64,000 nt of DNA, from the NCBI GenBank assembly GCA_002010065.2, contig MTMD02000008.1:96001-160000 (forward strand), given 5' to 3'. The stretch is from Candidatus Pyrohabitans jungbluthii. GTDB lineage: Archaea; Hydrothermarchaeota; Hydrothermarchaeia; Hydrothermarchaeales; BMS3B. This document shows, one piece after another, positions 1 through 9,070 of this stretch; position 1 is the stretch's first letter, and each line of letters begins with the position of its first letter. Made by a program: the position numbers and the translations under genes. The notes under the pieces are model-generated. The model was not told where the DNA came from and did no database searches. It saw only the letters and a list, made by a program, of their open reading frames with translations.

Positions 1-90
1 AGGAGCAGAGCCGCCGAGTGCCAGCCACGCTACAATCACAGCAACAATTGCCACACCTACGCCAATGTAGATTAACGTGTTCCTGTCCAT
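1..90 (-). CDS. 5' end of a secreted or membrane-anchored protein (runs off the window edge)
   Basis: ATG at 90 with GAGGTGA SD; reads MDRNTLIYIGVGVAIVAVIVAWLALGGSAP, a hydrophobic N-terminal anchor; directly downstream of the cytochrome gene. Confidence 0.75.
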   Translation of the reverse strand, partial: MDRNTLIYIGVGVAIVAVIVAWLALGGSAP

Positions 91-133
91 AGCCTATCAC
101 CTCTAAAAAGTGAAGGTAGGGGCAAATAACCCC

Positions 134-1492
134 TTACAACAGCTCCACTTCAGCTACAGCCTCGTTGCTCATCCTCAGGGTTGCGCTGGGTACTGGGTCA
201 ATGGGTCTGCTCTCCTTCTTCTTGCTGTCGTGGTACATCATCACCGCTTTCACTGTGACCTTCTTTGCGCTGCCATAGGGTATCTTGTACTCGAAGTTGT
301 ACCACCTGCCTGGGTTGAACATCACACTGGTGTCATACTCCCACACTTTCCACACGCTGCCTGTGAACTTGCCCTGATAGTCGTAGCTTCCAACTTTCCA
401 TGTCTCATTGGTATAGAATATCTGGTTCCCCTTCTCATCGTAGGCATACACGTGCAGCACTGGCTTGGCTGCGAGGATGCATCCATCTGGTAGAATGTGC
501 TCTGCAAGGTTCTTGACCTCAACTTTGACGTGCACCACGTCTCCCATCTTGTGGGCGTCCAGATTCACCCTCGCTGCTTGTACCATCATCGCAGGCGAAT
601 TTGGACCTGGGAAGTCGTGCCTGTGCCTTATGCGCATTTCGCCTCCCTTAGCGGCTGGCTCGTCAACTGTCTGCATGTGGCAGTACTGGCACTCTTTTTC
701 TCTTCTCACATCGCTCTGAGCCCAGGCGTCGTAGTTTAAGCCACAGCGCACGTAGTCACCCATCTTGAGTGCCTCTTTTACATCTTGACTAACGAAGTCT
801 ATCTTCAGCTTGCTATGACACGGTTTGCAGAACTCGCTTGTCGACATGTCCCTTGAGAACTTTGCGGCATGCGGCGCATTGGGGTCTTTGATTGTTCCGT
901 AGTAGGTGTTCCCAAGCTCCCCTTCAACCATCATTGAATGACATGCTATGCATCCAACACGTATGCCGCGGAGATTCACCACGTCATCGCTGAGGAAGGC
1001 TTCATAAAGCCTATCTTTGACTTTATCGCTGGCATACTTCATCGTCGGCCCATGGCAGGCTCTGAAGCAGGCGTCCCACTCCTTGGATTTCGGGAACCTG
1101 TCTAGGTTCTTCTTGAAGTCAGAGGCGTAGCTCTGGAAGGCAAAGTAGCTGAAAACCACTGGGTTGTAGTGCTTCGACTTTGTCCACTCGTAGAAGTGCT
1201 GCGGGTGACAGGTGGCGCACTGGGAATCGTCCGGCAGAATCTTCTTAATTTCCTCATCCGTTGCGCCCAGTTTCTTCAGAAGCTTCGCTGTTGCCTCGTT
1301 CTCCTCTTTGTACTTCTTAACCAAGTCTGAGATGTCTACTGAGACCACCTTTGTCTCTACAGTAACTGGTGTGCTCTTTTTCTCTGCTGACTCAGCCGCC
1401 GCTGCAGGTGCTGAAGCCTCCTTCTTTGCGCACCCGCTGAATAGGCTCAACGCCAGCAGCACAGCTAAGGCTATGCCCACCCATTTCTTCAT
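134..1492 (-). CDS. Multiheme c-type cytochrome lipoprotein, ExtKL-like (Cys form)
   Basis: Lipobox LFSG-C; CATCH, CIACH, CKPCH, CQYCH plus atypical CFRACH; HILPDGC motif; likely start ATG 1492 after GAGGTGA. Confidence 0.85.
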   Translation of the reverse strand: MKKWVGIALAVLLALSLFSGCAKKEASAPAAAAESAEKKSTPVTVETKVVSVDISDLVKKYKEENEATAKLLKKLGATDEEIKKILPDDSQCATCHPQHFYEWTKSKHYNPVVFSYFAFQSYASDFKKNLDRFPKSKEWDACFRACHGPTMKYASDKVKDRLYEAFLSDDVVNLRGIRVGCIACHSMMVEGELGNTYYGTIKDPNAPHAAKFSRDMSTSEFCKPCHSKLKIDFVSQDVKEALKMGDYVRCGLNYDAWAQSDVRREKECQYCHMQTVDEPAAKGGEMRIRHRHDFPGPNSPAMMVQAARVNLDAHKMGDVVHVKVEVKNLAEHILPDGCILAAKPVLHVYAYDEKGNQIFYTNETWKVGSYDYQGKFTGSVWKVWEYDTSVMFNPGRWYNFEYKIPYGSAKKVTVKAVMMYHDSKKKESRPIDPVPSATLRMSNEAVAEVELL

Positions 1493-1523
1493 TCTCTTAT
1501 CACCTCTCAAAACTCTTCAGGCG

Positions 1524-1571
1524 ACCTCCTTTCAAAGAGGGAGGTGAACATGTGGCATAAGCCACACGTTC
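1524..1571 (-). promoter_or_regulatory. Two-hairpin 5' leader of the cytochrome gene
   Basis: 11-bp stem 1546-1556/1561-1571 (one G-U) and 6-bp stem 1524-1529/1540-1545 between the TATA box and the SD. Confidence 0.5.
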
Positions 1572-1605
1572 CGACAAGAAATTCCGTTTATCCAATAATA
1601 AAACA

Positions 1606-1630
1606 CATATATTTATAATTTTTCGCTGAA
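1606..1630 (-). promoter_or_regulatory. BRE-TATA promoter of the cytochrome operon
   Basis: Minus strand TTCAGCGAAAAATTATAAATATATG. Confidence 0.6.
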
Positions 1631-1698
1631 ATCTGAAAAATTATGAAATTTTACTATTTTGATTCACTTTCTGAAATGTCATAACGTGAAAAAATGCA

Positions 1699-2574
1699 TC
1701 ACAATACGTTTTTATCTGTTATGTAGATTCTATATGTCCTTTTAAAAGGTTCTCGCCTTATTATTCCCATGTTTTCTAGTTTAGCAAGTATCTGACTCAC
1801 CTTTGGACGTGAAAAGGTTATACATTCTGCTTTCCAAATCTCCTCCTGTAAGGCCACACCTCCTTTTGCCTTAATAAGGGAAAGAATTAGCTCTTCGTCA
1901 TCGGTGAGCTCATTCTTCCTTTCTTTTGAGAAAGAGACTACAATTTCTTTGATACGTTCCCAGTTCATCTTCAGAAAATAGATTAGCAGAAGAAGAGCGA
2001 AGATTAATCCCATGGCAGGAATCACAAAACCCATGGACTTCTTAGCAAGGGGATAAAAAACACCCACATGAAAAGACTCATACTCTCTCAGGGTTCTGTT
2101 CCAGACGAGGATGACATGATTATCTTCAATGTTTATGTAATCCGGCATAACTGTCAAATCTCCCGAAGCTTTAAAAGGGAAATTCGCTGACATAACCTCC
2201 GGAAAAGAGTTTTCCGGCAATTTGATAGTGATCAGAAAGTTTTCCACGAAATAGGGGAAGCTGATGTCCTTATAGTAAAAGTACTCCTCCCCCGCCAACC
2301 TGCTCTCTGTCCCGGTTAAAGCCTTTATTTCATGCCTTCCCGGAGGAATGACAATGCCCTCCTCACTTCTCACTAAGTCAATCTCGTCCCCGAGCACCTC
2401 CACATCGCCCACATTAATGGGGAGGAACACCTCCTCATCTGAGATCACCTCAATGAATACCTTCTCTTCGCCCCTCTCCAAGTCAACATGGATTTCTACC
2501 TTCTTTACCACAACTTCTCCATGCGCCGGAGGCATCGACAGGGCAAATAGCAGGACAAACCAGATTAGTCTCAT
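1699..2574 (-). CDS. Membrane-anchored transcriptional regulator (signal peptide, extracellular domain, TM helix, C-terminal wHTH)
   Basis: Likely start MRLIWF; TM segment FVIPAMGLIFALLLLIYF; C-terminal LTDDEELILSLI...FSRPKVSQILAKLENMGIIRREP. Confidence 0.8.
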   Translation of the reverse strand: MRLIWFVLLFALSMPPAHGEVVVKKVEIHVDLERGEEKVFIEVISDEEVFLPINVGDVEVLGDEIDLVRSEEGIVIPPGRHEIKALTGTESRLAGEEYFYYKDISFPYFVENFLITIKLPENSFPEVMSANFPFKASGDLTVMPDYINIEDNHVILVWNRTLREYESFHVGVFYPLAKKSMGFVIPAMGLIFALLLLIYFLKMNWERIKEIVVSFSKERKNELTDDEELILSLIKAKGGVALQEEIWKAECITFSRPKVSQILAKLENMGIIRREPFKRTYRIYITDKNVL

Positions 2575-2689
2575 ATCTAAAAGAGCATCTGAGGGGGTAT
2601 TTATATCTATCAATTGAAAATGTATCACTCAAAAATAAAACCACCTTAATTACTGAATAAAATTAGATAATTATTCAAAAAATACGTCA

Positions 2690-3622
2690 TTAAACGTTAA
2701 GCTTCACCTTGAATGTCTTTTTATAAGGTTCGCGCACTATTAATCCACGAGACTCAAGTTCTGAGATTATTCTGCTTACCTTGGGTCTCGAGAATGGCAG
2801 AATCTCACTCTTCCAGATAGTCTCCTGTAGAACCTCTCCACCCTGGCTGCGGATGAACTCCACTATGGCGCGCTCCTCCTCATTGAGGAAGACGTTGGCA
2901 ACTTCCACGCGTCGCCTGCGTTTTGCATAGTGGAATCCCACAAGGAATGTGAGAGAAGCTATGAAAAGCGTTGATATCAAAAAATAATTCGGGCCTTCTT
3001 TTTCTGGGAGATGTATACCCACCTCAAAGCTCTCTCCAGCCTTGAGGGAGCGCTCCCACATCAGTGTTACCCTGTCGCCCCGAATGGCGACGCCATCAGG
3101 AGGTATGCTGGTGCTCCTCTGGAAAGTGTCTGCCGAGCAGCAGTTAGGCAGACTGCGGTTGAATGTCCTTATCTCGGGAAAGACCCCCTCTGGAAATATC
3201 ACCAGAAGGCGGAAGGTATCCACATCATAGGGGGTGGTGAACCCCTTGTAAAAATATGTACCTTCATTGATATCAACCTTTTCAACCGCCCTCATGGTGA
3301 AGGCGATGTTTTCTCCCGCTTTCAAAGGCTGCGGGAAGTACACTCTCTTTTTTATTCCCAGTTCCTCAACCCTCATAGGCTCTCCGCTTGCTGAGACTGC
3401 ACTCAGAGGCAAGTGAAAGGCGAAATCAAAGAATCGCAGGTCATTAACCTCAGAGGTGAGGTCCACGTAAAACTCTTCCTTTCCTGTCTGCAGGTCTATG
3501 GTCACAGTTATATGGTTTATATGGTAATCACCACTCTCGCTGGCAATGGCAAGGGGAAGCATGAGAAGAAAGATGCCAAGACAAGCTATCTGGGCATACA
3601 ACGGTGGTGTTTTCATCACCAC
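2690..3622 (-). CDS. Membrane-anchored transcriptional regulator, paralog of 1699-2574
   Basis: Same architecture; C-terminal LNEEERAIVEFI...FSRPKVSRIISELESRGLIVREPYKKT; extracellular NCCS motif. Confidence 0.8.
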   Translation of the reverse strand: MVMKTPPLYAQIACLGIFLLMLPLAIASESGDYHINHITVTIDLQTGKEEFYVDLTSEVNDLRFFDFAFHLPLSAVSASGEPMRVEELGIKKRVYFPQPLKAGENIAFTMRAVEKVDINEGTYFYKGFTTPYDVDTFRLLVIFPEGVFPEIRTFNRSLPNCCSADTFQRSTSIPPDGVAIRGDRVTLMWERSLKAGESFEVGIHLPEKEGPNYFLISTLFIASLTFLVGFHYAKRRRRVEVANVFLNEEERAIVEFIRSQGGEVLQETIWKSEILPFSRPKVSRIISELESRGLIVREPYKKTFKVKLNV

Positions 3623-3720
3623 CTTTAATGTTATCTAACATCTGAACATCTGTTGTAAGTTTTTGTTAGCCCTGCGAAATCAGCGAAAATTTTAATACGT
3701 ATAAGAAAGCATGCTTTCAC

Positions 3721-4854
3721 ATGCGTTCGCTCCTCGTGGTTCTGCTTTTGCTCGCCATTATCGCGGGATGCACATCCAGCGAGCCCCTGAAGGACATTAG
3801 CAGCGAGGGCGCTGGCTGGGTGATGTTTCAGCATGACCTCGCCCACAGTGGCGTTGCGCAAGAAGAGGTGGCGCCACCTCTGAAGCTGCTCTGGCAGGCA
3901 GGCACGCAGGCGCAGATTGGCTACTCCTCGCCTGTGGTGGCAGATAATCTCGTGCTTATAGGCAGCACCGACTGGAATCTCTATGCCTTTGACGCAGCTA
4001 CGGGTAAGGTGGTGTGGAAGTTCCCCACCGGGGGCGAGGTTCACTCCACTCCAGCGGTGGCTGAGGGCAAGGTATACATCGGCAGCTACGACGGCTCTCT
4101 CTACGCCCTCGACCTCGCCACTGGAAAGAAGCTGTGGAGGTATAAGACAAAAGGAGAGATTTTAACCTCGCCGGCTGTAGCTGGGGGTATAGTCTACTTT
4201 GGCTCCTTCGATGGTTCGATAATCGCCCTCAATGCTGAGAATGGTAAGAAGCTGTGGGAAAAGAAGACCAAAGGGCAGGTGCACTCTTCGCCAGCGGTAG
4301 CTAATGGCAAGGTATTCACAACTTCCTACCACGAGTACAGGGTCTATGCGCTGGACGCAAAGACTGGAAAAACGCTCTGGAGCTATGAGACCCGGGGCTT
4401 TATCCATGCTTCGCCGGCGGTTTATAATGGCAGGGTTTACATCCCCTCGAAGGACTCCTTCCTCTACTGCTTGGACGCCGATAGCGGCAGTGAGTTATGG
4501 AGATTTGAAACCGGCGCACCAATAGATTCCACACCTGCCATTGCGAAGGGCATGGTGTACTTCGGAAGCTATGACGGCTATGTGTATGCAGTAGACGCTG
4601 AAACCGGCGAAGAGGTGTGGAAGACAGAGATAGGGGCGCAATTTATAGGCTCGCCGATAGTATCAGGAGATGTGGTGTACATCGGCGCGCTGGATGGCAA
4701 GCTCTACGCCCTCAGCGCTGAGAGCGGCGAAATACTGTGGAACTACCGCATCGGCAACATGATATACTCCTCGCCGGCTGTAGCCAAAGGCCTGGTCTTT
4801 GTCTCAAGCCTAGACGGCATTCTCTATGCCTTTGCTCCTGAGAGCGAGAAATGA
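3721..4854 (+). CDS. PQQ-like (BamB-type) beta-propeller repeat lipoprotein
   Basis: Lipobox IIAG-C; about 8 repeats of SSPAV..G.VY.GS.DG.LYA.DA.TG...W. Confidence 0.9.
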   Translation: MRSLLVVLLLLAIIAGCTSSEPLKDISSEGAGWVMFQHDLAHSGVAQEEVAPPLKLLWQAGTQAQIGYSSPVVADNLVLIGSTDWNLYAFDAATGKVVWKFPTGGEVHSTPAVAEGKVYIGSYDGSLYALDLATGKKLWRYKTKGEILTSPAVAGGIVYFGSFDGSIIALNAENGKKLWEKKTKGQVHSSPAVANGKVFTTSYHEYRVYALDAKTGKTLWSYETRGFIHASPAVYNGRVYIPSKDSFLYCLDADSGSELWRFETGAPIDSTPAIAKGMVYFGSYDGYVYAVDAETGEEVWKTEIGAQFIGSPIVSGDVVYIGALDGKLYALSAESGEILWNYRIGNMIYSSPAVAKGLVFVSSLDGILYAFAPESEK

Positions 4855-5267
4855 CGGTACTCGTTCTGCCCAGGAAGCTGGTGGAGGAGATTCTCAGCGA
4901 CGCAAAGAGAAGGGCTCCTCAGGAAGCGTGCGGGGTGATTGCTGGAGAGGTTAAAGGAGAGCGCAAGCTTGCTCTTGCGGTTTATCCCTGCAGGAATGTA
5001 TCTCGCAACCCCTTAGTGAGGTATACTATAGCTCCTGAAGACTTGGTAAAGGCGCTGAGCGATATAGAGGGTCGTGGAATGGAGGTTCTGGGCTTCTACC
5101 ACTCCCACCCCATGGGAAGTGTTGCACCTTCTGGAATAGACCATGCTAAGGCAAGCTGGGATGGCGCGAGCTACGTTATCGTCAACCTCAAGGGAGAGGT
5201 TGCATCGTGGGTGTGGGAGGAGGAGGCAAAGAGGTTCAGGCGGGAGAAGGTGGTGGTTGAGGACTAG
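4851..5267 (+). CDS. JAMM/MPN+ metalloprotease (desampylase/Mec-like)
   Basis: EACG ... YHSHP ... PS..D JAMM motif. Confidence 0.9.
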   Translation: MTVLVLPRKLVEEILSDAKRRAPQEACGVIAGEVKGERKLALAVYPCRNVSRNPLVRYTIAPEDLVKALSDIEGRGMEVLGFYHSHPMGSVAPSGIDHAKASWDGASYVIVNLKGEVASWVWEEEAKRFRREKVVVED

Positions 5268-6289
5268 TGGTAAAACACCGTACCCACCATGGAATAAAAG
5301 AGGAGCATAAATGCAAGGGATATAAGAAGAAAGCCGCCGAAGCCCAGAAGAGCGAGCTTTGCAAGTTGCACCTGAAGCTTTGCAGCGCTATTACGAAGCG
5401 AGGGCTTTGCCTTCAGAGGTTCAACCACTGCAACAAGAACCCCAGCAATGCCACCAAGGAAGAGGAGGGCATAAAACGGGTAGCCTATTGCCGGGGCGCG
5501 AAGAACCTCAAAGGGGCAGCGATGCTGCGTGGGTAAGCCGAATAGTACGACGTTGAAGTAGGGGCTAAGGAAGGTGAACATCGCCAGGAGAGAGACGGCA
5601 AAGGCAGCGAGGCTGGCTATACCTGAAGCGAGGGCGAGGCGTCGCTGCCTTCTTCGCAGGTAGGTGTAGAGCAGCCCCAGCGTCAGAGCGTATGCGATGA
5701 AGAACGCAAGCATTGCCACGTTGGTGGGGAATTTCATAGCCACAAAGCCGTAGGGGTTGGTCTCGGTGCGCAGAGCAGAGCCACAGCAAGAGGTTATCAC
5801 ATTGGGCGATATGCTTGTGTAGTAGCGAATTTCAAGGTAGGCATCCGCTATGAGCAATGGCAGGAAGAGCAGGAGAAGCGCGTACTTGAGCTTCACCAAC
5901 GGGTAGTCCTCAGCCTGGGTGTCGAGGTGGTTAATCACAAGCCACGAGGAGTAGACAAATATGGCGAAAATTTTAACCCAGAGGGTGGCGAAGCCGTAGC
6001 TGTTTGCGTTAAGCGAACCAAAGGCACACATTGCGCCTCGAATAAAGCTCGCCAAGTAGTCGGCAGTGGCTGCGAATAGTAGCAATGAAAGCACCTGAAA
6101 GGCAAGGGCGTACTGCATCAGCGTTGAGATTAAATAGGTGCGCTTCTCCAGCTCAAGCTGCTCTTCGCTTGCGCTCTCAAGCTGCCAGCGCAGGAGTATG
6201 CGCACACCTTGCGATGCCGCATATATGCAGAGGAGGAGCACAATAACTGTGCCCACAATCTGGGAGATAACCCAGAAGTTGAGTATCAT
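5264..6289 (-). CDS. Polytopic membrane protein associated with the NosL/ABC cluster
   Basis: About 8 hydrophobic segments; GAMCAFG, ITSCCGS and HRCPF motifs; 4-nt overlap with the ABC ATPase. Confidence 0.75.
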   Translation of the reverse strand: MILNFWVISQIVGTVIVLLLCIYAASQGVRILLRWQLESASEEQLELEKRTYLISTLMQYALAFQVLSLLLFAATADYLASFIRGAMCAFGSLNANSYGFATLWVKIFAIFVYSSWLVINHLDTQAEDYPLVKLKYALLLLFLPLLIADAYLEIRYYTSISPNVITSCCGSALRTETNPYGFVAMKFPTNVAMLAFFIAYALTLGLLYTYLRRRQRRLALASGIASLAAFAVSLLAMFTFLSPYFNVVLFGLPTQHRCPFEVLRAPAIGYPFYALLFLGGIAGVLVAVVEPLKAKPSLRNSAAKLQVQLAKLALLGFGGFLLISLAFMLLFYSMVGTVFYH

Positions 6290-6966
6290 CTCACTACCTC
6301 TACAAGCCTGCCATCGCGCATGTCGAAGATAACGTCGACCATCTCATGCTGAAACACGAGAGGGTCATGTGTGGCTATAACTATCGTCCTGCCCTCCCGC
6401 TTGAGGTTGTGCATTATCCTGAGAAACTCCTCCGCAAGGGCAGTGTCGAGATGAGCTGTGGGTTCATCCGCCACTATTATTCTCGGGTTGTTTACAAGCG
6501 CCCTCGCAATAGCTACGCGCTGCTGCTCTCCGCCGCTCAGCTCGCGAACCTTGAAGTCGCTTCGCCTCTCCATTCCCAGATTCTTGAGCAGAGCTAAAGC
6601 ACGCTTCCTGCTCTCATTCGCAGGCAACGGTGTTGGAATTAGAGGCACAACCACGTTGTCAACCACGCTCAGTTCTGGAATGAGGTTGAACTGCTGGAAG
6701 ATTATACCCACGTGCTCCCGCCTGAAGAGGGTGAGAAACCTCTCAGGAAGCTTGGACACCTCTTTACCAGCGACAAAAACGCGCCCAGAGGTTGGCTTGG
6801 CAACGCAGGCGATTAGACTCAAGAGTGTGGTCTTGCCTGAGCCGCTGGGACCGCGAAGCACAGCAACCTCGCCCTCATTAACCTCGATGCTTACATCCCT
6901 AACTGCTACCACCTCATTTGGCTTACCTCTGTTAAACACCTTTGTCACGTGCTCGCAGCGTATCAC
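6286..6966 (-). CDS. ABC transporter ATP-binding protein (LolD/MacB type)
   Basis: GPSGSGKT, LSGGEQQR, ADEPT, ATHD. Confidence 0.95.
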   Translation of the reverse strand: MIRCEHVTKVFNRGKPNEVVAVRDVSIEVNEGEVAVLRGPSGSGKTTLLSLIACVAKPTSGRVFVAGKEVSKLPERFLTLFRREHVGIIFQQFNLIPELSVVDNVVVPLIPTPLPANESRKRALALLKNLGMERRSDFKVRELSGGEQQRVAIARALVNNPRIIVADEPTAHLDTALAEEFLRIMHNLKREGRTIVIATHDPLVFQHEMVDVIFDMRDGRLVEVVR

Positions 6967-8133
6967 CTATATCCCCCGCATGGCTTCGTCCGGGTCAATG
7001 GTGCTCGCGCGCCAGGAGGGCACCACCACCGCCGCAAGGAATGGTACAACGCTTATGAAGAATATGAGCAGGAGGTCCTCTAGGGTAACCACAGGCATGA
7101 GCTCAAAGCTGGGGTAAAGGGTGGACCAGCCAAGCAGCACAGGTTTGAGCAGAGGGGCGCCGAGGTAGAACACGTGGAGGTAGGCGAGGATAACGCCCAA
7201 GAGGTAAGAGTTCAGCGCCAGCACAACGCCCTCGAAGGTTCGCATCTCAAGCACATCGCCGGTGCTCCAGCCAAGGGCTTTTAGGATGCCTATCTCGCGC
7301 TTCTCCTCAGCGGTTAAGCCAGAGGCACGGTCCCATACAAGTATGGCGAAGGCGAGCAGCGCACCCAGAAGGCTGGCGAGGAAGACGCCAGAGCGCCAAC
7401 CGAAGATTGCGTCGTAGGTCTCGCGTATCTGCTCCCTGGTTAATACCCGCGTGTCAGGAAGCTTTTGAGCGATTTTTATAGCTATGTTCGGAAGCTCCGC
7501 AGGATTGGCTACGTATACAGCAATGTCGTTGGAGTACCCGCTTGGGATACCGAAGAAGTCTCTCGCCTTATCCTGAGGCATGACTATTAAATCTGCGCTC
7601 TGCAGTGCTGAAGAAGAGGAGAATACCCCAGCCACAACAAACTTTACGTACTCCCCCCGGTGGTCGCGCAGCAGTAGCTTATCGCCAACGTTAAGGCGCT
7701 TTGCCCTTGCAAGAGCTTCGCCTACCAGCACAGCGCTCTCTCCAGAGAAGCCTCCCTCAGAAATAGCGAGGGGAAGACTTTCAAGGCTTTGAACCCCTAT
7801 AATGGTGTAGGTAGCATCCTCATCGGCGTCGTAGTAGTAGCCCCACACCCTAGGCTCAGCCCTGCTCACGCCGCGAATGCTCTGAATGGTTGAGATATAC
7901 TCCAATGGGACAAGCCCCTGCCTCCCGGCGATGATCTTCTGAACGGTTATGTCGGGCGCCAGCGAGAGCGTCTCCCGCGCTTCATGGTTCAGGGAGTTCA
8001 TCATCATGACAACACTTGCAAGCATGAAAACCACAAGGGTAAACACGAGTATTGTTGCCAGGTTTTTGCCCTTCCTGCGGAGCAGGAAGTTAACTGAATA
8101 ATCCAGGATGTTGCGGTGCTTCTCGAAACTCAT
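6967..8133 (-). CDS. ABC transporter permease (FtsX/MacB type)
   Basis: One TM, large extracytoplasmic domain, three TMs; REIGILKALGW motif. Confidence 0.9.
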   Translation of the reverse strand: MSFEKHRNILDYSVNFLLRRKGKNLATILVFTLVVFMLASVVMMMNSLNHEARETLSLAPDITVQKIIAGRQGLVPLEYISTIQSIRGVSRAEPRVWGYYYDADEDATYTIIGVQSLESLPLAISEGGFSGESAVLVGEALARAKRLNVGDKLLLRDHRGEYVKFVVAGVFSSSSALQSADLIVMPQDKARDFFGIPSGYSNDIAVYVANPAELPNIAIKIAQKLPDTRVLTREQIRETYDAIFGWRSGVFLASLLGALLAFAILVWDRASGLTAEEKREIGILKALGWSTGDVLEMRTFEGVVLALNSYLLGVILAYLHVFYLGAPLLKPVLLGWSTLYPSFELMPVVTLEDLLLIFFISVVPFLAAVVVPSWRASTIDPDEAMRGI

Positions 8134-8432
8134 CTCTCCACCTCAATGCGCGTATCGAAGCCCGCGAACTTCGGTCTGCCAAAGCCCGTGCAGGAGGCAT
8201 GGTAGCACAATTGCGCGGGGAGGTCGCGGAAGCAACCAGAGAAATCGACTACACTTGGATTGCGTGTGGAGTAGCAGTCCGTGGCTATTACCAGGTCGCT
8301 CAGCTCGAGACTCTTAGCCAGAGAGCGCTTCTCCTCAAGCTTCGCCACCCTGCTTTGTGCATGAGCCGTAAGAGCTGCCAAGCTGAGAAGCTGGAGTACA
8401 AGGATGAGGGCCACGCTTGTGGAATGCCTCAT
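8130..8432 (-). CDS. Small exported Cys-rich hypothetical protein
   Basis: Signal or anchor helix; LSDLVIATDCYSTRNP...CYHASC; 4-nt overlaps with both neighbours. Confidence 0.7.
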   Translation of the reverse strand: MRHSTSVALILVLQLLSLAALTAHAQSRVAKLEEKRSLAKSLELSDLVIATDCYSTRNPSVVDFSGCFRDLPAQLCYHASCTGFGRPKFAGFDTRIEVER

Positions 8433-8893
8433 CGCGGCTTAACACCTCGCGCTGCAAGTTCTGAGAAGCTGAGGATATCGCCAGAAGGATAATCATTGCG
8501 GAAGCTCTCTGCATCCTCCAGACGGGCGAACACCACTATGCCAAAGCCCATGGGTGTTGGTATAGCAGCATCTGTAACATAATAAGCGTTCTCTGCATCC
8601 ACCCATTCTTGGGTGTAGTAGTCCCTGCAGTATATCTTAGCGATAGCCTCGCGGTGCTTGGTGTAGTAGAGGAACATATCGCCCGGGTCGTCGAAGAACT
8701 TCACCTCGTGGCTTTTGAGGATGACCTCACACGCCCAGTTTTCGTAGTCTTTGACAAACATCCCACACTCTGGGCAGCGAGCCTCCGCAGGTATTGGCAC
8801 CGGCTCAAGCTTGGGGGAGGTGACACTCTCGTCGCCCTTCTGAGCACAGCCTCCAATCACCAGAAGTGCAACCAGAAGCACTGTTGCGCGCAT
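8429..8893 (-). CDS. NosL-family lipoprotein
   Basis: Lipobox IGG-C; CPECGM, FFDDPGDM, TPMG motifs. Confidence 0.85.
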   Translation of the reverse strand: MRATVLLVALLVIGGCAQKGDESVTSPKLEPVPIPAEARCPECGMFVKDYENWACEVILKSHEVKFFDDPGDMFLYYTKHREAIAKIYCRDYYTQEWVDAENAYYVTDAAIPTPMGFGIVVFARLEDAESFRNDYPSGDILSFSELAARGVKPR

Positions 8894-9070
8894 AAGATAA
8901 TTTGCTCCCCGGGAGTATATAAAAATTTAATCCCTGAAAATGTGATGAAAAAATAGCTTAGGTGATGTTTTTCTGGTGAGCTGAGAAGAAAACGCGTCAA
9001 AACGTGAAAAGAGTCTTCGCTAAGCAGGGCAAAATATTTATTAACTCCACCGTCCTAAAACACGATACCC

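Noticed and set aside
1540-1618. Plus-strand SD (GGAGGTGA) plus ATG giving a 22-aa ORF antisense to the cytochrome leader
   Set aside because: No plus-strand promoter is evident; the SD-like word is explained as the complement of the anti-SD stem
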